Position numbers and translations under genes: made by a program. 64,000 nt of DNA, taken from NCBI GenBank assembly GCA_965261395.1, contig OZ253462.1:4000001-4064000 (forward strand), given 5' to 3'. Source of the stretch: Candidatus Latescibacterota bacterium. Its GTDB lineage: Bacteria > Latescibacterota > UBA2968 > UBA8231. Shown piece after piece: positions 1 through 9,253 of this stretch (within the stretch, counting starts at the first letter, position 1; every line of letters starts with the position of its first letter). The notes under the pieces are model-generated. The model was not told where the DNA came from. It did no database searches and worked only from the letters and a program-made list of their open reading frames with translations.

Positions 1-1200
1 TCTGACAATGACTATGCGGTTGTATTCTTGATCGGGCGGCGGTTGGTTGATTTTATTCTAAAAAGTGAAAATCGTCGCATTTTGAATCCCGAGCTACAAG
101 CGGAACTTGAATTCGGTATAGAAAACTCAAGAGACAAAAGTGTCGAAGATTTTAAAAACTTGTGGAAAGCGTTCTTGTCAATGGGTGACGATTGGGAATA
201 CGCAGAGGATGCGATACTCACCCTTCGTGATAATTATTCTCGTCACAATGATCCGGTATCACAACAACTAAACTCTGTCGTTGCTGACGAGGTTGCATAT
301 CTCTATGCAATTTGGTCTGATGATTTTGAGGTCGCACTTGAATATGCAAGAAAGGTCGCAGACGCACTCGATGGCGATGAAGTAAAGGCATATCGGGCTT
401 GGTGGTACTACCTCTCGTCCGAAGCCGCGATGGCTCTCCATGAGGCCACTAAAGAGGAAGCCTATCAAGACACCGCTCGCGATTTACTGAAACGTGCCTC
501 AAGATGTTGTATCGGCGTCAGTTGGTTTGCACGTTTAGGGCGGTCATTGGGTCCGAAGTACGAAACGCCAGAAGTTGATGAGATGTCTGCGGTAGCTGTG
601 GAGACAATCCGGGAATATTTGGCTAATTTGGGTGCTGTTGGAGGGCAGTTTGAGAAAAAACTCAGCCAGGTCAAGGAGAATCTCCAGTCCACTAACCACA
701 AGGCATTTCATCAAGGTCTCAAAGGACTCGGCGAGATGCTGGGGTTCCAGGCAGAATTACCTGAAGGGAATGCTGCACCTGACTGCATTTGGTCCATTAG
801 AAACCTCGTCTATGTTGTACATGAGGCGAAATCAGAACACACGTCAAAGGAGCCGATAGGCGTCAGGGACATCCGACAGGCTCAAAGCCATGCCAAATGG
901 ATTCGTGCTAATCGGAAATGTGAAGCCAATACCGAGGTTTTGTGTCTAATTGAAAGTCCTCGCACGACAGTTGATCAAGAAGCCATTGTTCACGCTGATT
1001 CTCTTCGCCATATCACACCTAGACAATTGAAAGAAATCTTTGATAAAATCGCTGCAATTCTCCGTCGAGTTAGGTCGAAATTGGTCGATCTCAGTGACGA
1101 GAAAGTTCTTGAGGAACTGTTCCGCGAGCTATCAGAAGGCAACCTTGTTCCTAGGCAATTACTGGACCGTCTATCCCAGAAGCTAGTCAAAGACATGTAA
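1..1200 (+). CDS. SF2 (DinG/Rad3-like) helicase with C-terminal PD-(D/E)XK nuclease domain, Hna-like; 5' end outside window
   Basis: Frame is open from base 1 (SDNDYAVVFLIG, typical of the segment after helicase motif VI); C-terminal PDCIW...HEAK nuclease-like motif. Confidence 0.6.
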   Translation, partial: SDNDYAVVFLIGRRLVDFILKSENRRILNPELQAELEFGIENSRDKSVEDFKNLWKAFLSMGDDWEYAEDAILTLRDNYSRHNDPVSQQLNSVVADEVAYLYAIWSDDFEVALEYARKVADALDGDEVKAYRAWWYYLSSEAAMALHEATKEEAYQDTARDLLKRASRCCIGVSWFARLGRSLGPKYETPEVDEMSAVAVETIREYLANLGAVGGQFEKKLSQVKENLQSTNHKAFHQGLKGLGEMLGFQAELPEGNAAPDCIWSIRNLVYVVHEAKSEHTSKEPIGVRDIRQAQSHAKWIRANRKCEANTEVLCLIESPRTTVDQEAIVHADSLRHITPRQLKEIFDKIAAILRRVRSKLVDLSDEKVLEELFRELSEGNLVPRQLLDRLSQKLVKDM

Positions 1201-1254
1201 ATCACGGTGGTGAAGGAAGCAAAGACAGGAAGGGATGGGAATAAAACTTGAGGA

Positions 1255-3294
1255 ATGAATGAATACCAGATGGTAAAAAATGGACTCACGAGTAACTGGC
1301 GTGACCAGATTCTCCGCGAATTCACGCCCAACGTAGCCCGTCTGACACTGGTCGCCGACCCTGACGGGCTACTTTTGGAAGAAGGCATTCTTGCGGGCAT
1401 ACGCGAGCGAGGATTTGAACTGATTCCGTTCGAGGATCATATCGCCTTTCGGTATGCCTACGAGACCAAGTTCCGTTCCCGTTGGGATCGAGGCGAGCAA
1501 ACAGAACTGGTGGTCGTACTGCACTCCGAGGCCCGTGACCTTAATAGCTTGCCATACGACCTGCTTCAGGCTGGTCGTCGGCTGTCATTCAGCTTGGGCG
1601 AGATTTTCCCCAACCTGAGCTATCCGGTTGTGGCCGCCTTGGACCGGCGAGACTTGGACGCGCTGGACGATGCCCAAGAGCAGTACGCGCCCGATGTGCT
1701 GGGAGACAACGCGACCATAAAATTTGTCCTGCGGCATGTCTTCGATATTGAGCCTGAACTCATCAAGGAGCCATCCGATTTGTTGCGCGTGCTGCTGCGC
1801 CGCCATCACCGAGAACAGCGGGTTCCGGCTTTGTTGGACGAGCGATTTGTCCAGTTGCTTCGCCAGCAGCATGGCTTTGAAGACTGGCCACTCGAAACGA
1901 TCATTTCAGACCGGCAGGCATTTTTCGCCTTTCTCCAAGAACGCTGGCCCATTTTTCTCGACCGGGCAGCGAGCGAAGAAGGTCTCGGCGTTCGGGAGCG
2001 CACGGAACCTTATGCTTTAGAGTTTTCCGGCCCTACGGATTTGCCATTCGATCACGACGATATCCGTATTTATATAGACAACCTGTTTCTTGAAGGACTG
2101 CTTGAAGCCGTTCCATACGAACAGGCCGAATCGTTGTCAAAGCCTTGGCTCGTTATTGGCATCCGAAGGGATGAGCAGGCGGACCGAGAGCGCCGCGTGG
2201 ATGGCCTGCTCTGCACTTTGGCCTCCACTATTCCGCAAGAGGATGCACAACACGACGATTGGTTCCGCTTTGCCAAGACTTGGGCCGAACTGGTGGCCTT
2301 ATCTATGGAATCGGATGCGATTTTGCCAGAGCCTGTACGTCAAAAGATGGAGACGTTGCAAGCACGAATTGACGATGCACTTGTATCTTGGCTGGCAAAC
2401 CGCTATGCGGGATTGAGCAGTCTGCCGCCAGTTCCGCCGGTCATGCTGCACCACATTCCCCGTTTCCTTGCTAGGCATGTCAAGGATGCCAAGGAACACA
2501 AGGTGGCGTTCGTCCTAGTAGATGGCCTTTCGCTAGATCAGTGGATCGTCGCCCGCAAGGAGCTTGCCAAGCAACGCCCCGAGTACCGTTTCCGAGAGCA
2601 CGCGGTGTTTGCTTGGATACCCACCATCACCTCGGTTTCGCGCCAGGCAGCCTTTGCCGGCAAGCTACCTAGCTACTTTCCAAACAGTATTGACACCACG
2701 AACAAGGAGCCAGCCTTATGGACGAAATTTTGGGTGGACCAAGGGCTGACACAGCAAGAAGTCGGATATGCCAAAGGGCTTGGGGACGGTGCACTGGATC
2801 GCGTAGAGGAGATGATTGCTCGACCACGGATGCGCGTCGTTGGTTTGGTTGTTGACAAAGTAGATAGGATCATGCACGGCATGGAGCTTGGCACTGCGGG
2901 GATGCACAATCAAGTTCGGCAGTGGGCCAATCAACCGTTCATGGGGAACCTCATTGACCTGTTGCTGGATAATGGATTCCGCGTCCACCTATCTTCGGAT
3001 CATGGAAACATCGAAGCCGCCGGATGCGGGCGACCTACCGAGGGCGCAGTTGCAGACCAGCGTGGTGAACGGGCGCGCGTGTACTCCAATTCAGTGCTGC
3101 GGGGCCGAGTCAAAGAGCGATTCCTTGACGCCTTGGAATGGCCGTCGATTGGGCTGCCGGAAGACTATTTACCTCTACTGGCTCCTGGCCGTTCTGCATT
3201 CGTCCATGAGGGCGAACGCCTTGTCGGCCATGGTGGCGCATCGCTTGAAGAACTCATTGTCCCCTTTGTGCAGATCGACAGGAGGGGGCCATGA
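1255..3294 (+). CDS. pglZ: BREX type 3 phosphatase PglZ
   Basis: N-terminal WRDQILREF...LVADPDGLL; alkaline-phosphatase-fold motifs VLVDGLS, PTITSVSR, SSDHGN, GHGG; exact start uncertain. Confidence 0.93.
   Translation: MNEYQMVKNGLTSNWRDQILREFTPNVARLTLVADPDGLLLEEGILAGIRERGFELIPFEDHIAFRYAYETKFRSRWDRGEQTELVVVLHSEARDLNSLPYDLLQAGRRLSFSLGEIFPNLSYPVVAALDRRDLDALDDAQEQYAPDVLGDNATIKFVLRHVFDIEPELIKEPSDLLRVLLRRHHREQRVPALLDERFVQLLRQQHGFEDWPLETIISDRQAFFAFLQERWPIFLDRAASEEGLGVRERTEPYALEFSGPTDLPFDHDDIRIYIDNLFLEGLLEAVPYEQAESLSKPWLVIGIRRDEQADRERRVDGLLCTLASTIPQEDAQHDDWFRFAKTWAELVALSMESDAILPEPVRQKMETLQARIDDALVSWLANRYAGLSSLPPVPPVMLHHIPRFLARHVKDAKEHKVAFVLVDGLSLDQWIVARKELAKQRPEYRFREHAVFAWIPTITSVSRQAAFAGKLPSYFPNSIDTTNKEPALWTKFWVDQGLTQQEVGYAKGLGDGALDRVEEMIARPRMRVVGLVVDKVDRIMHGMELGTAGMHNQVRQWANQPFMGNLIDLLLDNGFRVHLSSDHGNIEAAGCGRPTEGAVADQRGERARVYSNSVLRGRVKERFLDALEWPSIGLPEDYLPLLAPGRSAFVHEGERLVGHGGASLEELIVPFVQIDRRGP
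1288..1368 (+). repeat. 81-bp direct repeat copy 1 (pglZ 5' end), partner at 9173-9253
   Basis: 76/81 identical by manual alignment, last 52 bp identical. Confidence 0.95.
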
Positions 3295-4037
3295 ACGGCC
3301 GGCAAGCCCAGATTGGCTTCAGTCAACGTATCCGACTTGAGTGGTTCGAGCAGACAGCTAATATGATACTGGCTGGAAACGATAAGACTGCCATCAACGA
3401 CTCTCTGCAAGCTCTTCTGGAAGATAAGATCTCAGTAGGCGGTCAGGCCGTCAGAGGCGGCAGGGAGAAAGTGATTACCATCCTGTTGAAGACTTGGTTG
3501 ACCGTACCTCGTGAATTAGAGACGCTGCGGGACGAGGGCTTGGACATCTTCCAGAGGCTACCTCGTAAAGAACGCATTGTTATTCACTGGGGCATGGTCT
3601 TGGCAGTCTATCCGTTTTGGGGTGCAATCGCCGCTGATACTGGCAGGCTTCTACGCCTACAGGGCACAGCCGCAGCAGCCCATGTTCAGCGACGGGTCAA
3701 GGAGCAATACGGAGAGCGCGAAGCCGCGTCACGGGCTGCCCGGCGTGTGCTTCGATCATTCATCGATTGGGGAGTTTTGAACGAGACGGGGGACAAAGGC
3801 GTCTATGCCCAAGGGGAACAGTACTCCGTTGAGGAACCTAGGCTTATCGCCTGGCTAATGGAGGCGTCTCTCCGCTCCCGTGTGCATAGGGCTGCCGCCA
3901 TTAAGGATCTGCTCGAAAGTCCAAGCATCTTTCCGTTTCAATTAGCCCACATCTCAGCCGAGCAGGTGGCGTCCCTATCCCCTCGCTTAGACATCCTACG
4001 ACACGGTCTGGATGACGATCTGGTGATGCTACCGTGA
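3291..4037 (+). CDS. brxA: BREX type 3 BrxA-like protein
   Basis: ATGA overlap with pglZ, ~250 aa, IGFSQRIRLEW N-terminus, canonical position after pglZ. Confidence 0.75.
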   Translation: MNGRQAQIGFSQRIRLEWFEQTANMILAGNDKTAINDSLQALLEDKISVGGQAVRGGREKVITILLKTWLTVPRELETLRDEGLDIFQRLPRKERIVIHWGMVLAVYPFWGAIAADTGRLLRLQGTAAAAHVQRRVKEQYGEREAASRAARRVLRSFIDWGVLNETGDKGVYAQGEQYSVEEPRLIAWLMEASLRSRVHRAAAIKDLLESPSIFPFQLAHISAEQVASLSPRLDILRHGLDDDLVMLP

Positions 4038-4116
4038 CTACCGGACAAGTCCCCAAGTCCACTTCAGCGATACCAGACAACGGATAAGGGCGAACCAACT
4101 TCGGAGATAGGTAGTC

Positions 4117-4494
4117 ATGTCGAGACTCGAAACACCCCTCACACGACGCTATTGGCGAGAGATCGGCGGCACCCTGATAGAGGAGTTCCCGGCCGTCCGT
4201 TCTGGCCCGAATCAAGGTAGGAGATTGCTTGATGGCGTCGTGCTCTTGGATTCTCCACACTTGATTGCGAACCATCGGGAAGTTGAAATCGAGAATCGAG
4301 ATATTGTGGTGATTCAAACAAAGGCCAGCCGACTGGGCATGTATCTCCTGGGTCAGGCGCTATTCTCGCGACATCTGATGATGCCGTTTCGGCCCAGTAG
4401 CGTAGACACGGTTGCAATTTGCACCAAAGGTGATGCCGTGCTGGAACCTTTGGCTGCGGAATATGGAATAAAGGTGGTGGTGTACCAGGACTAA
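4117..4494 (+). CDS. Small hypothetical protein, PD-(D/E)XK-like
   Basis: RBS GGAG upstream; LDGV...IQTK...GQAL pattern. Confidence 0.55.
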   Translation: MSRLETPLTRRYWREIGGTLIEEFPAVRSGPNQGRRLLDGVVLLDSPHLIANHREVEIENRDIVVIQTKASRLGMYLLGQALFSRHLMMPFRPSSVDTVAICTKGDAVLEPLAAEYGIKVVVYQD

Positions 4495-4712
4495 CTCAGC
4501 AGGCGTGCCGAGGTCTTGTCGGTCTCTTCGGCCTGCACGCTCGGGGCTTGGTGCGATACGGATTGAGGTAGCGACAGGCCATCAAACCGTATTGGGAGTC
4601 CTGCCGAAGAAGCCGCAAACCCTCTTCAGGGAGCTTGTCCGGCCCGTGCGAGCGTTTATCGCCTTGACAGAGAGTCCAAAAAAGAGGCTTTATTTTCCTT
4701 ATACTCGATAAG

Positions 4713-4931
4713 GTCGAGCATCGCGGCCAAGCGGAAAACGGCCAGGCGGCAGTGGAGATCATCATGGCCATGTACGAGTCGGCGCGACTACACGAGGTGC
4801 CCGCGCTGCCTTTGCGGACGATGGCTTCACCGCTGGAAGTGATGATCGAGGCAGGAGATTTGCCGGTAGAGCGCCCAGGCCGCTACGACATCCGCGCCTT
4901 CCTGCTGCGCGGCGAGGATATGCAGCCTTAG
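4713..4931 (+). pseudogene. 3' fragment of a Gfo/Idh/MocA-family oxidoreductase
   Basis: Reads VEHRGQAENGQAAVEIIMAMYESARLHEVPALPL...GRYDIRAFLLRGEDMQP*; no start; GC-rich like the host core genes. Confidence 0.7.
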
Positions 4932-4967
4932 AACCAGACGAAAATTGAAACCCACAGGAGAAAGGTA

Positions 4968-5024
4968 ATGGCGGACTCTCTTGCCGATCAGATCATGAGA
5001 AAGGTCGGGCCGGCCGCCAGTCTA
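4968..5024 (+). pseudogene. brxF: 5' stub of BREX-3 brxF
   Basis: Strong RBS, then MADSLADQIMRKVGPAASL, resembling BrxF N-termini; breaks before the Walker A. Confidence 0.6.
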
Positions 5025-5026
5025 AA

Positions 5027-5125
5027 GCTGTCGCGGGAAAAATCCCGGAGACGATCCTCCAAGAGGATTCTAAACTCCTCATGTGGTATGACCAAGCAAT
5101 AACACGAATGGGAGATGAGGCATGA
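5027..5125 (+). pseudogene. pglXI: 3' stub of BREX-3 methyltransferase pglXI
   Basis: Different frame reads AVAGKIPETILQEDSKLLMWYDQAITRMGDEA*, matching the BREX-3 methylase C-terminus as I recall it; stop overlaps the next ATG. Confidence 0.7.
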
Positions 5126-7890
5126 AAGAGTGGGGCTGGAACGGTGCGCGTTGGTGGAAGTGTGATTTTCACACGCATACCCCGGCATCCAACGATTATG
5201 GGAAGGGCCAGAAGCAGACGGCTCTTCAGGAGCGATCCCCCAAGGAATGGCTGCTCGACTACATGCGTGCCGGCGTTGATTGTATTGCGATCACAGACCA
5301 TAACACCGGGGCGTGGATCGACGTACTGCGAAACGCCATGGAAGAGCTGATAGAGGATGGCCATTCAGATTACCGCAAACTGTATATTTTTTCTGGAATG
5401 GAAATCTCTATATCTGGCGGAATCCATTTGCTTGCGATTTTCGATCCTTCAAAGACATCTTCGGACCTTGACGCCCTTCGAGGCGCAGTGGAGTATGGAG
5501 GAACGCCGGGGCAAAGCGATGACGTCACACGCAAGGCGTTCGTCGACGTAATCAACACAGTCACTTCAGCCGGAGGTATAGCGATCCCTGCTCACGTGGA
5601 TGAGGAAAGTGGGCTTTTTCATCGACAGAAGGGGAATACACTAGATCAGGCATTGAACTGCAAAGATATCTTCGCCATGGAGTTGGTGGACCCAGCGTCT
5701 GAGAAACCACAGCTTTATATTGACAAAGGCCTACGCTGGGCTGAAATCCTTGGTTCAGACTCCCATCATCCTTCCGGTGTCGCGGGACAGTCATATCCGG
5801 GCAGCCACTTTACTTGGGTCAAGATGGGGTCGCCCAGCGTGGAGGGATTGCGGTTAGCCTTGTTGGACGGAGAGCTTTCCGTACGTCGGTCCGACCAGGA
5901 TACGGATGACCCAAACGAACACGCACCGTTGGTGTTGGATTCTATTGAGGTTTCGCAAGCGCGCTACATGGGTTGCTCCCAAATCTTCACTATTGGGTTC
6001 AACCCATGGTTCAACGCTATCATCGGAGGCCGAGGCACAGGTAAATCGACTGTTGTCGAGTTCCTTCGTACTGCCCTTCGACGGGAGGCTGAATTGCCGG
6101 AGACGTTGCAACCGGAGTTCGAACAGTATAACCGAGTCTATCAAGACCGAGAAGACAGCGGACTGCTTACAGAAGATGCTGCCATCCGAGTGATTTGCCG
6201 AAAAGACAGCGACCGGTTTCGCGTCCAGTGGAATAAGGCCGGCGGCCTTGAACCTATTGAACAAGAAGTGAATGGACAATGGCAGCGCGCAGAAGGCGAT
6301 ATTCAGCAACGATTTCCCGTGCGAATCTACAGTCAGAAGCAAGTGTTCCAACTCGCCAGAACTCCGCTTGCGTTGCTTAAAAATATCGATGAGGCCCCAG
6401 AGGTTGGTTACCATTCTTGGTCTGAAAAATGGAAAGTGCAGGAAAGCCGCTTTCTTTCTCTGCGTGCTAAGGCTAGAGAAATCAAGGTCGGTCCTGGCGA
6501 GGAGCAGCGTCTTCGGGGAGAGCTGGACGACGTGGAACGAAAACTGGCGATTTTTGAACAGTCGGGACACACCGAAATCCTAAAGTCCTTCCAAAAACGG
6601 AAACGCCAGCAGCGGGATGTCGAGGTATGGGAAGAAAGCTGGACTGGCGTGGGAGAGCAGTTGCGCGAAGTCGCGGCTGAAATAGTACCGGATCTGCTGG
6701 ATGAAACTTCTTTCGACTCAGATGCAGCGTCAGACAATGAATTGCAGAGACGTGCTGCTAAGACGCACGACCATCTAAACAAAATCCGCAAAGCGGTCGA
6801 AGTGCTTGCATCGCAAGCGGATGACATTGTCATCGAGTGGCAGAAAAGCAGGGATGAGTCGTCTTGGAAACAGAGCGTTGAGGCTGCCGCGCAAGCCTAC
6901 CAGGAATTGACAGAGAATCTGTCCCGAGAAGGGGCTGGCGACCCTGCGGCCTACGGCGAACTTGTACAGCGTCGGCAAGTCATTGAGCAACGGCTTTCGG
7001 AAGTGGACGAACGTAAAAAACAGGTTGATGATCTGAATAATCAGGCAGATGCACACTTGCAGCATTTGCTGGAAATTCGCCGGGAGTTGACGGCGTCTCG
7101 TCGATCATTTCTCAATTCCGTCCTAAGCGACAACCCATATATCCAGATACAGGTCGCCCCTTATGGTGCCCGCGAGACGGTCGAAAGCGAGTTTCGCCGA
7201 TTGCTCCAAAGAGAGGATGGGACGTTTGAGAAAGACATTGGATCGCCGAATGACGGGGGATTGCTTGGCGAACTTTATGAGCAGGATGCCGGTGCCGAGG
7301 TGATTGAAGAGAATCTTTTGAACATCAAGACCCGTGTCACAGAGATCGCGTTGGGTGAATACGGCACGGGAACAGTGGCAGATCGGCGTTTTGCCAACCA
7401 TGTAGGCAATCTCCCGCCTGAAGCTATTGATCGCCTTGACCTGTGGTTTCCAGAGGATTCTTTAGAGGTCCAATACAGCGCAAGGGGCGATGGACAGCGT
7501 TTTCGCTCAATACAAGAAGGTTCGCCTGGTCAGAAGACCGCAGCGCTCTTGGCGTTTCTGCTTTCCTACGGAAACGAACCACTGATCTTAGACCAGCCGG
7601 AGGACGATTTGGACAACCACCTGATCTACGGTTTGATCGTGACCCAATTGCGGGCGATCAAACGCCGTCGGCAGGTCATTGTGGTCACGCACAACGCGAA
7701 TATAGCCGTCAACGGTGACGCCGAATTGGTAGTAGCCCTCACAGCACGCGGCAGGGAAACGCAGAAAGAGTGCGAAGGCAGCCTGCAAGAGCAACAGGTG
7801 AGAGAGACCATTTGTGCAGTGATGGAGGGTGGTCGTAAGGCCTTTGAGGATCGGTATCGCCGCATTGCGCTGGAAGGACGCTATGTTTAA
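5122..7890 (+). CDS. PHP phosphoesterase fused to SMC/ABC-like ATPase (Ppl/TrlF-like defence protein)
   Basis: PHP motifs DFHTH, ITDHN, PAH, GSDSH; Walker A GGRGTGKS, coiled coil, SPGQ, ILDQPEDDLD, VTHN. Confidence 0.88.
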   Translation: MKEWGWNGARWWKCDFHTHTPASNDYGKGQKQTALQERSPKEWLLDYMRAGVDCIAITDHNTGAWIDVLRNAMEELIEDGHSDYRKLYIFSGMEISISGGIHLLAIFDPSKTSSDLDALRGAVEYGGTPGQSDDVTRKAFVDVINTVTSAGGIAIPAHVDEESGLFHRQKGNTLDQALNCKDIFAMELVDPASEKPQLYIDKGLRWAEILGSDSHHPSGVAGQSYPGSHFTWVKMGSPSVEGLRLALLDGELSVRRSDQDTDDPNEHAPLVLDSIEVSQARYMGCSQIFTIGFNPWFNAIIGGRGTGKSTVVEFLRTALRREAELPETLQPEFEQYNRVYQDREDSGLLTEDAAIRVICRKDSDRFRVQWNKAGGLEPIEQEVNGQWQRAEGDIQQRFPVRIYSQKQVFQLARTPLALLKNIDEAPEVGYHSWSEKWKVQESRFLSLRAKAREIKVGPGEEQRLRGELDDVERKLAIFEQSGHTEILKSFQKRKRQQRDVEVWEESWTGVGEQLREVAAEIVPDLLDETSFDSDAASDNELQRRAAKTHDHLNKIRKAVEVLASQADDIVIEWQKSRDESSWKQSVEAAAQAYQELTENLSREGAGDPAAYGELVQRRQVIEQRLSEVDERKKQVDDLNNQADAHLQHLLEIRRELTASRRSFLNSVLSDNPYIQIQVAPYGARETVESEFRRLLQREDGTFEKDIGSPNDGGLLGELYEQDAGAEVIEENLLNIKTRVTEIALGEYGTGTVADRRFANHVGNLPPEAIDRLDLWFPEDSLEVQYSARGDGQRFRSIQEGSPGQKTAALLAFLLSYGNEPLILDQPEDDLDNHLIYGLIVTQLRAIKRRRQVIVVTHNANIAVNGDAELVVALTARGRETQKECEGSLQEQQVRETICAVMEGGRKAFEDRYRRIALEGRYV

Positions 7891-9139
7891 CAGCCCGGAA
7901 GAACTGTTGCAGAAGATACGCCTTGGAGAAGATACTTCGCTGGAACTCAAGGCCGTCCGGTTCAGGGGCGACCGGGTTTCCGGTCCTGGTCGCGATGAGT
8001 TGGCCGACGAGTTGGCAGCTATCGCCAATACTCACGACGGTGTACTTGTCTTGGGCGTAGACGACAAGACGCGAGACATCATAGGCATTCCGATAGACCA
8101 CCTTGATGCTGTCGAAAGCTTTGTCTATGAGATTTGCAATGAGAGCATCACGCCGCCAGTCCATTTTCGTTCTTTCCGTATGCAGCTCCCTGATGCCACG
8201 GGGAATCTCCGGTCCGTGCTCAACGTAGAAATCCCACGCAGCCTTTTTGTCCACAGGAGCCCTGGAGGATATTTCTTTCGGCAAGGAAGTTCAAAACGAG
8301 AGATGCCGCCCGATTATCTGACACGGCTGTCCCAGCAACTAAGCCAAGTTCGGCTGATTCGATTCGAGGAACAATCCGTGCCGCAATCGAGCAGGGACGA
8401 CTTATCCGAAAAGTTGTGGGCCAACTATATAACAAGATCTGATGAATCCGCGGGTATCGTGCTCCTTAAACGCGGTCTTTTGTCGAAGGAAGAAAGCGGG
8501 GCCGTCCGGGCTTCGGTTGCTGGCATTCTGGTCTGTTGCGAGGAGCCAGAGCGTTTTTTGCCTAATGCCTATATTGAAGCCGTGCGCTATCGCGGAAAAA
8601 AGCGGGATTCCAATTATCAGATAGACGCCCAAAAAATTCGCGGCCCGCTGAATCGACAGATCGAACAAGCTATGACCTTTCTCAGGAAAAACCAGACGGT
8701 CTCAGCCGTAAAAATTCCGCATCGGGTCGAAGTGCAGCAGTTCAGCGAAAGAGCGGTTTTTGAAGCGATTGTCAATGCTGTGGCTCACCGCGATTATTCC
8801 ATTTTCGCCTCGAAAATACGGTTCTTCATGTTTGAAGATCGGTTGGAAATCTACTCGCCAGGTACTCTCCCGAATACCGTGACCATTGACAGCATCTCCC
8901 TCCGTCAGGCTACCCGAAACGAACTGATTACCAATCTGCTTACAGAGACGCCAGTGGCGGGAACGGTCGGCGATGTGGGACGTAGTTTTTACATGGAAAA
9001 GCGAGGCGAGGGTGTTCCAATCATTTTTGACGAGAGCGAAAAACTTTCCGGAAAGAAGCCTGTTTATCGACTTATTGACGACTCCGAACTGCTACTGACC
9101 ATTTTTTCGAGGGGCACGGAACGTGCGGATGAGCACTGA
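7883..9139 (+). CDS. AlbA_2 (Schlafen-like) + HATPase_c_4 domain protein
   Basis: GEDTSLELK, AIANTHDGVLVLGVDD, EAIVNAVAHRDY, EIYSPG; overlaps upstream stop. Confidence 0.88.
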   Translation: MFNSPEELLQKIRLGEDTSLELKAVRFRGDRVSGPGRDELADELAAIANTHDGVLVLGVDDKTRDIIGIPIDHLDAVESFVYEICNESITPPVHFRSFRMQLPDATGNLRSVLNVEIPRSLFVHRSPGGYFFRQGSSKREMPPDYLTRLSQQLSQVRLIRFEEQSVPQSSRDDLSEKLWANYITRSDESAGIVLLKRGLLSKEESGAVRASVAGILVCCEEPERFLPNAYIEAVRYRGKKRDSNYQIDAQKIRGPLNRQIEQAMTFLRKNQTVSAVKIPHRVEVQQFSERAVFEAIVNAVAHRDYSIFASKIRFFMFEDRLEIYSPGTLPNTVTIDSISLRQATRNELITNLLTETPVAGTVGDVGRSFYMEKRGEGVPIIFDESEKLSGKKPVYRLIDDSELLLTIFSRGTERADEH

Positions 9140-9172
9140 TGTAAGCGGTCGGTATTTAGGATCGGATGCACG

Positions 9173-9253
9173 ATGAGTAACTGGCGCAACCAGATTCTTC
9201 ACGAATTCACGCCCAACGTAGCCCGTCTGACACTGGTCGCCGACCCTGACGGG
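9173..9253 (+). pseudogene. pglZ: 5' stub of a second pglZ (direct repeat copy 2)
   Basis: ATG start, MSNWRNQILHEFTPNVARLTLVADPDG, then homology stops abruptly. Confidence 0.92.

Noticed and set aside
1-1200. Calling the first gene brxHII
   Set aside because: The C-terminus is nuclease-like and lacks SNF2/BrxHII features
4933-4945. 13-mer ACCAGACGAAAAT shared with 13511 and 14814 as a common att site
   Set aside because: No similarity beyond 13 bp and absent from the other hotspots; may be chance
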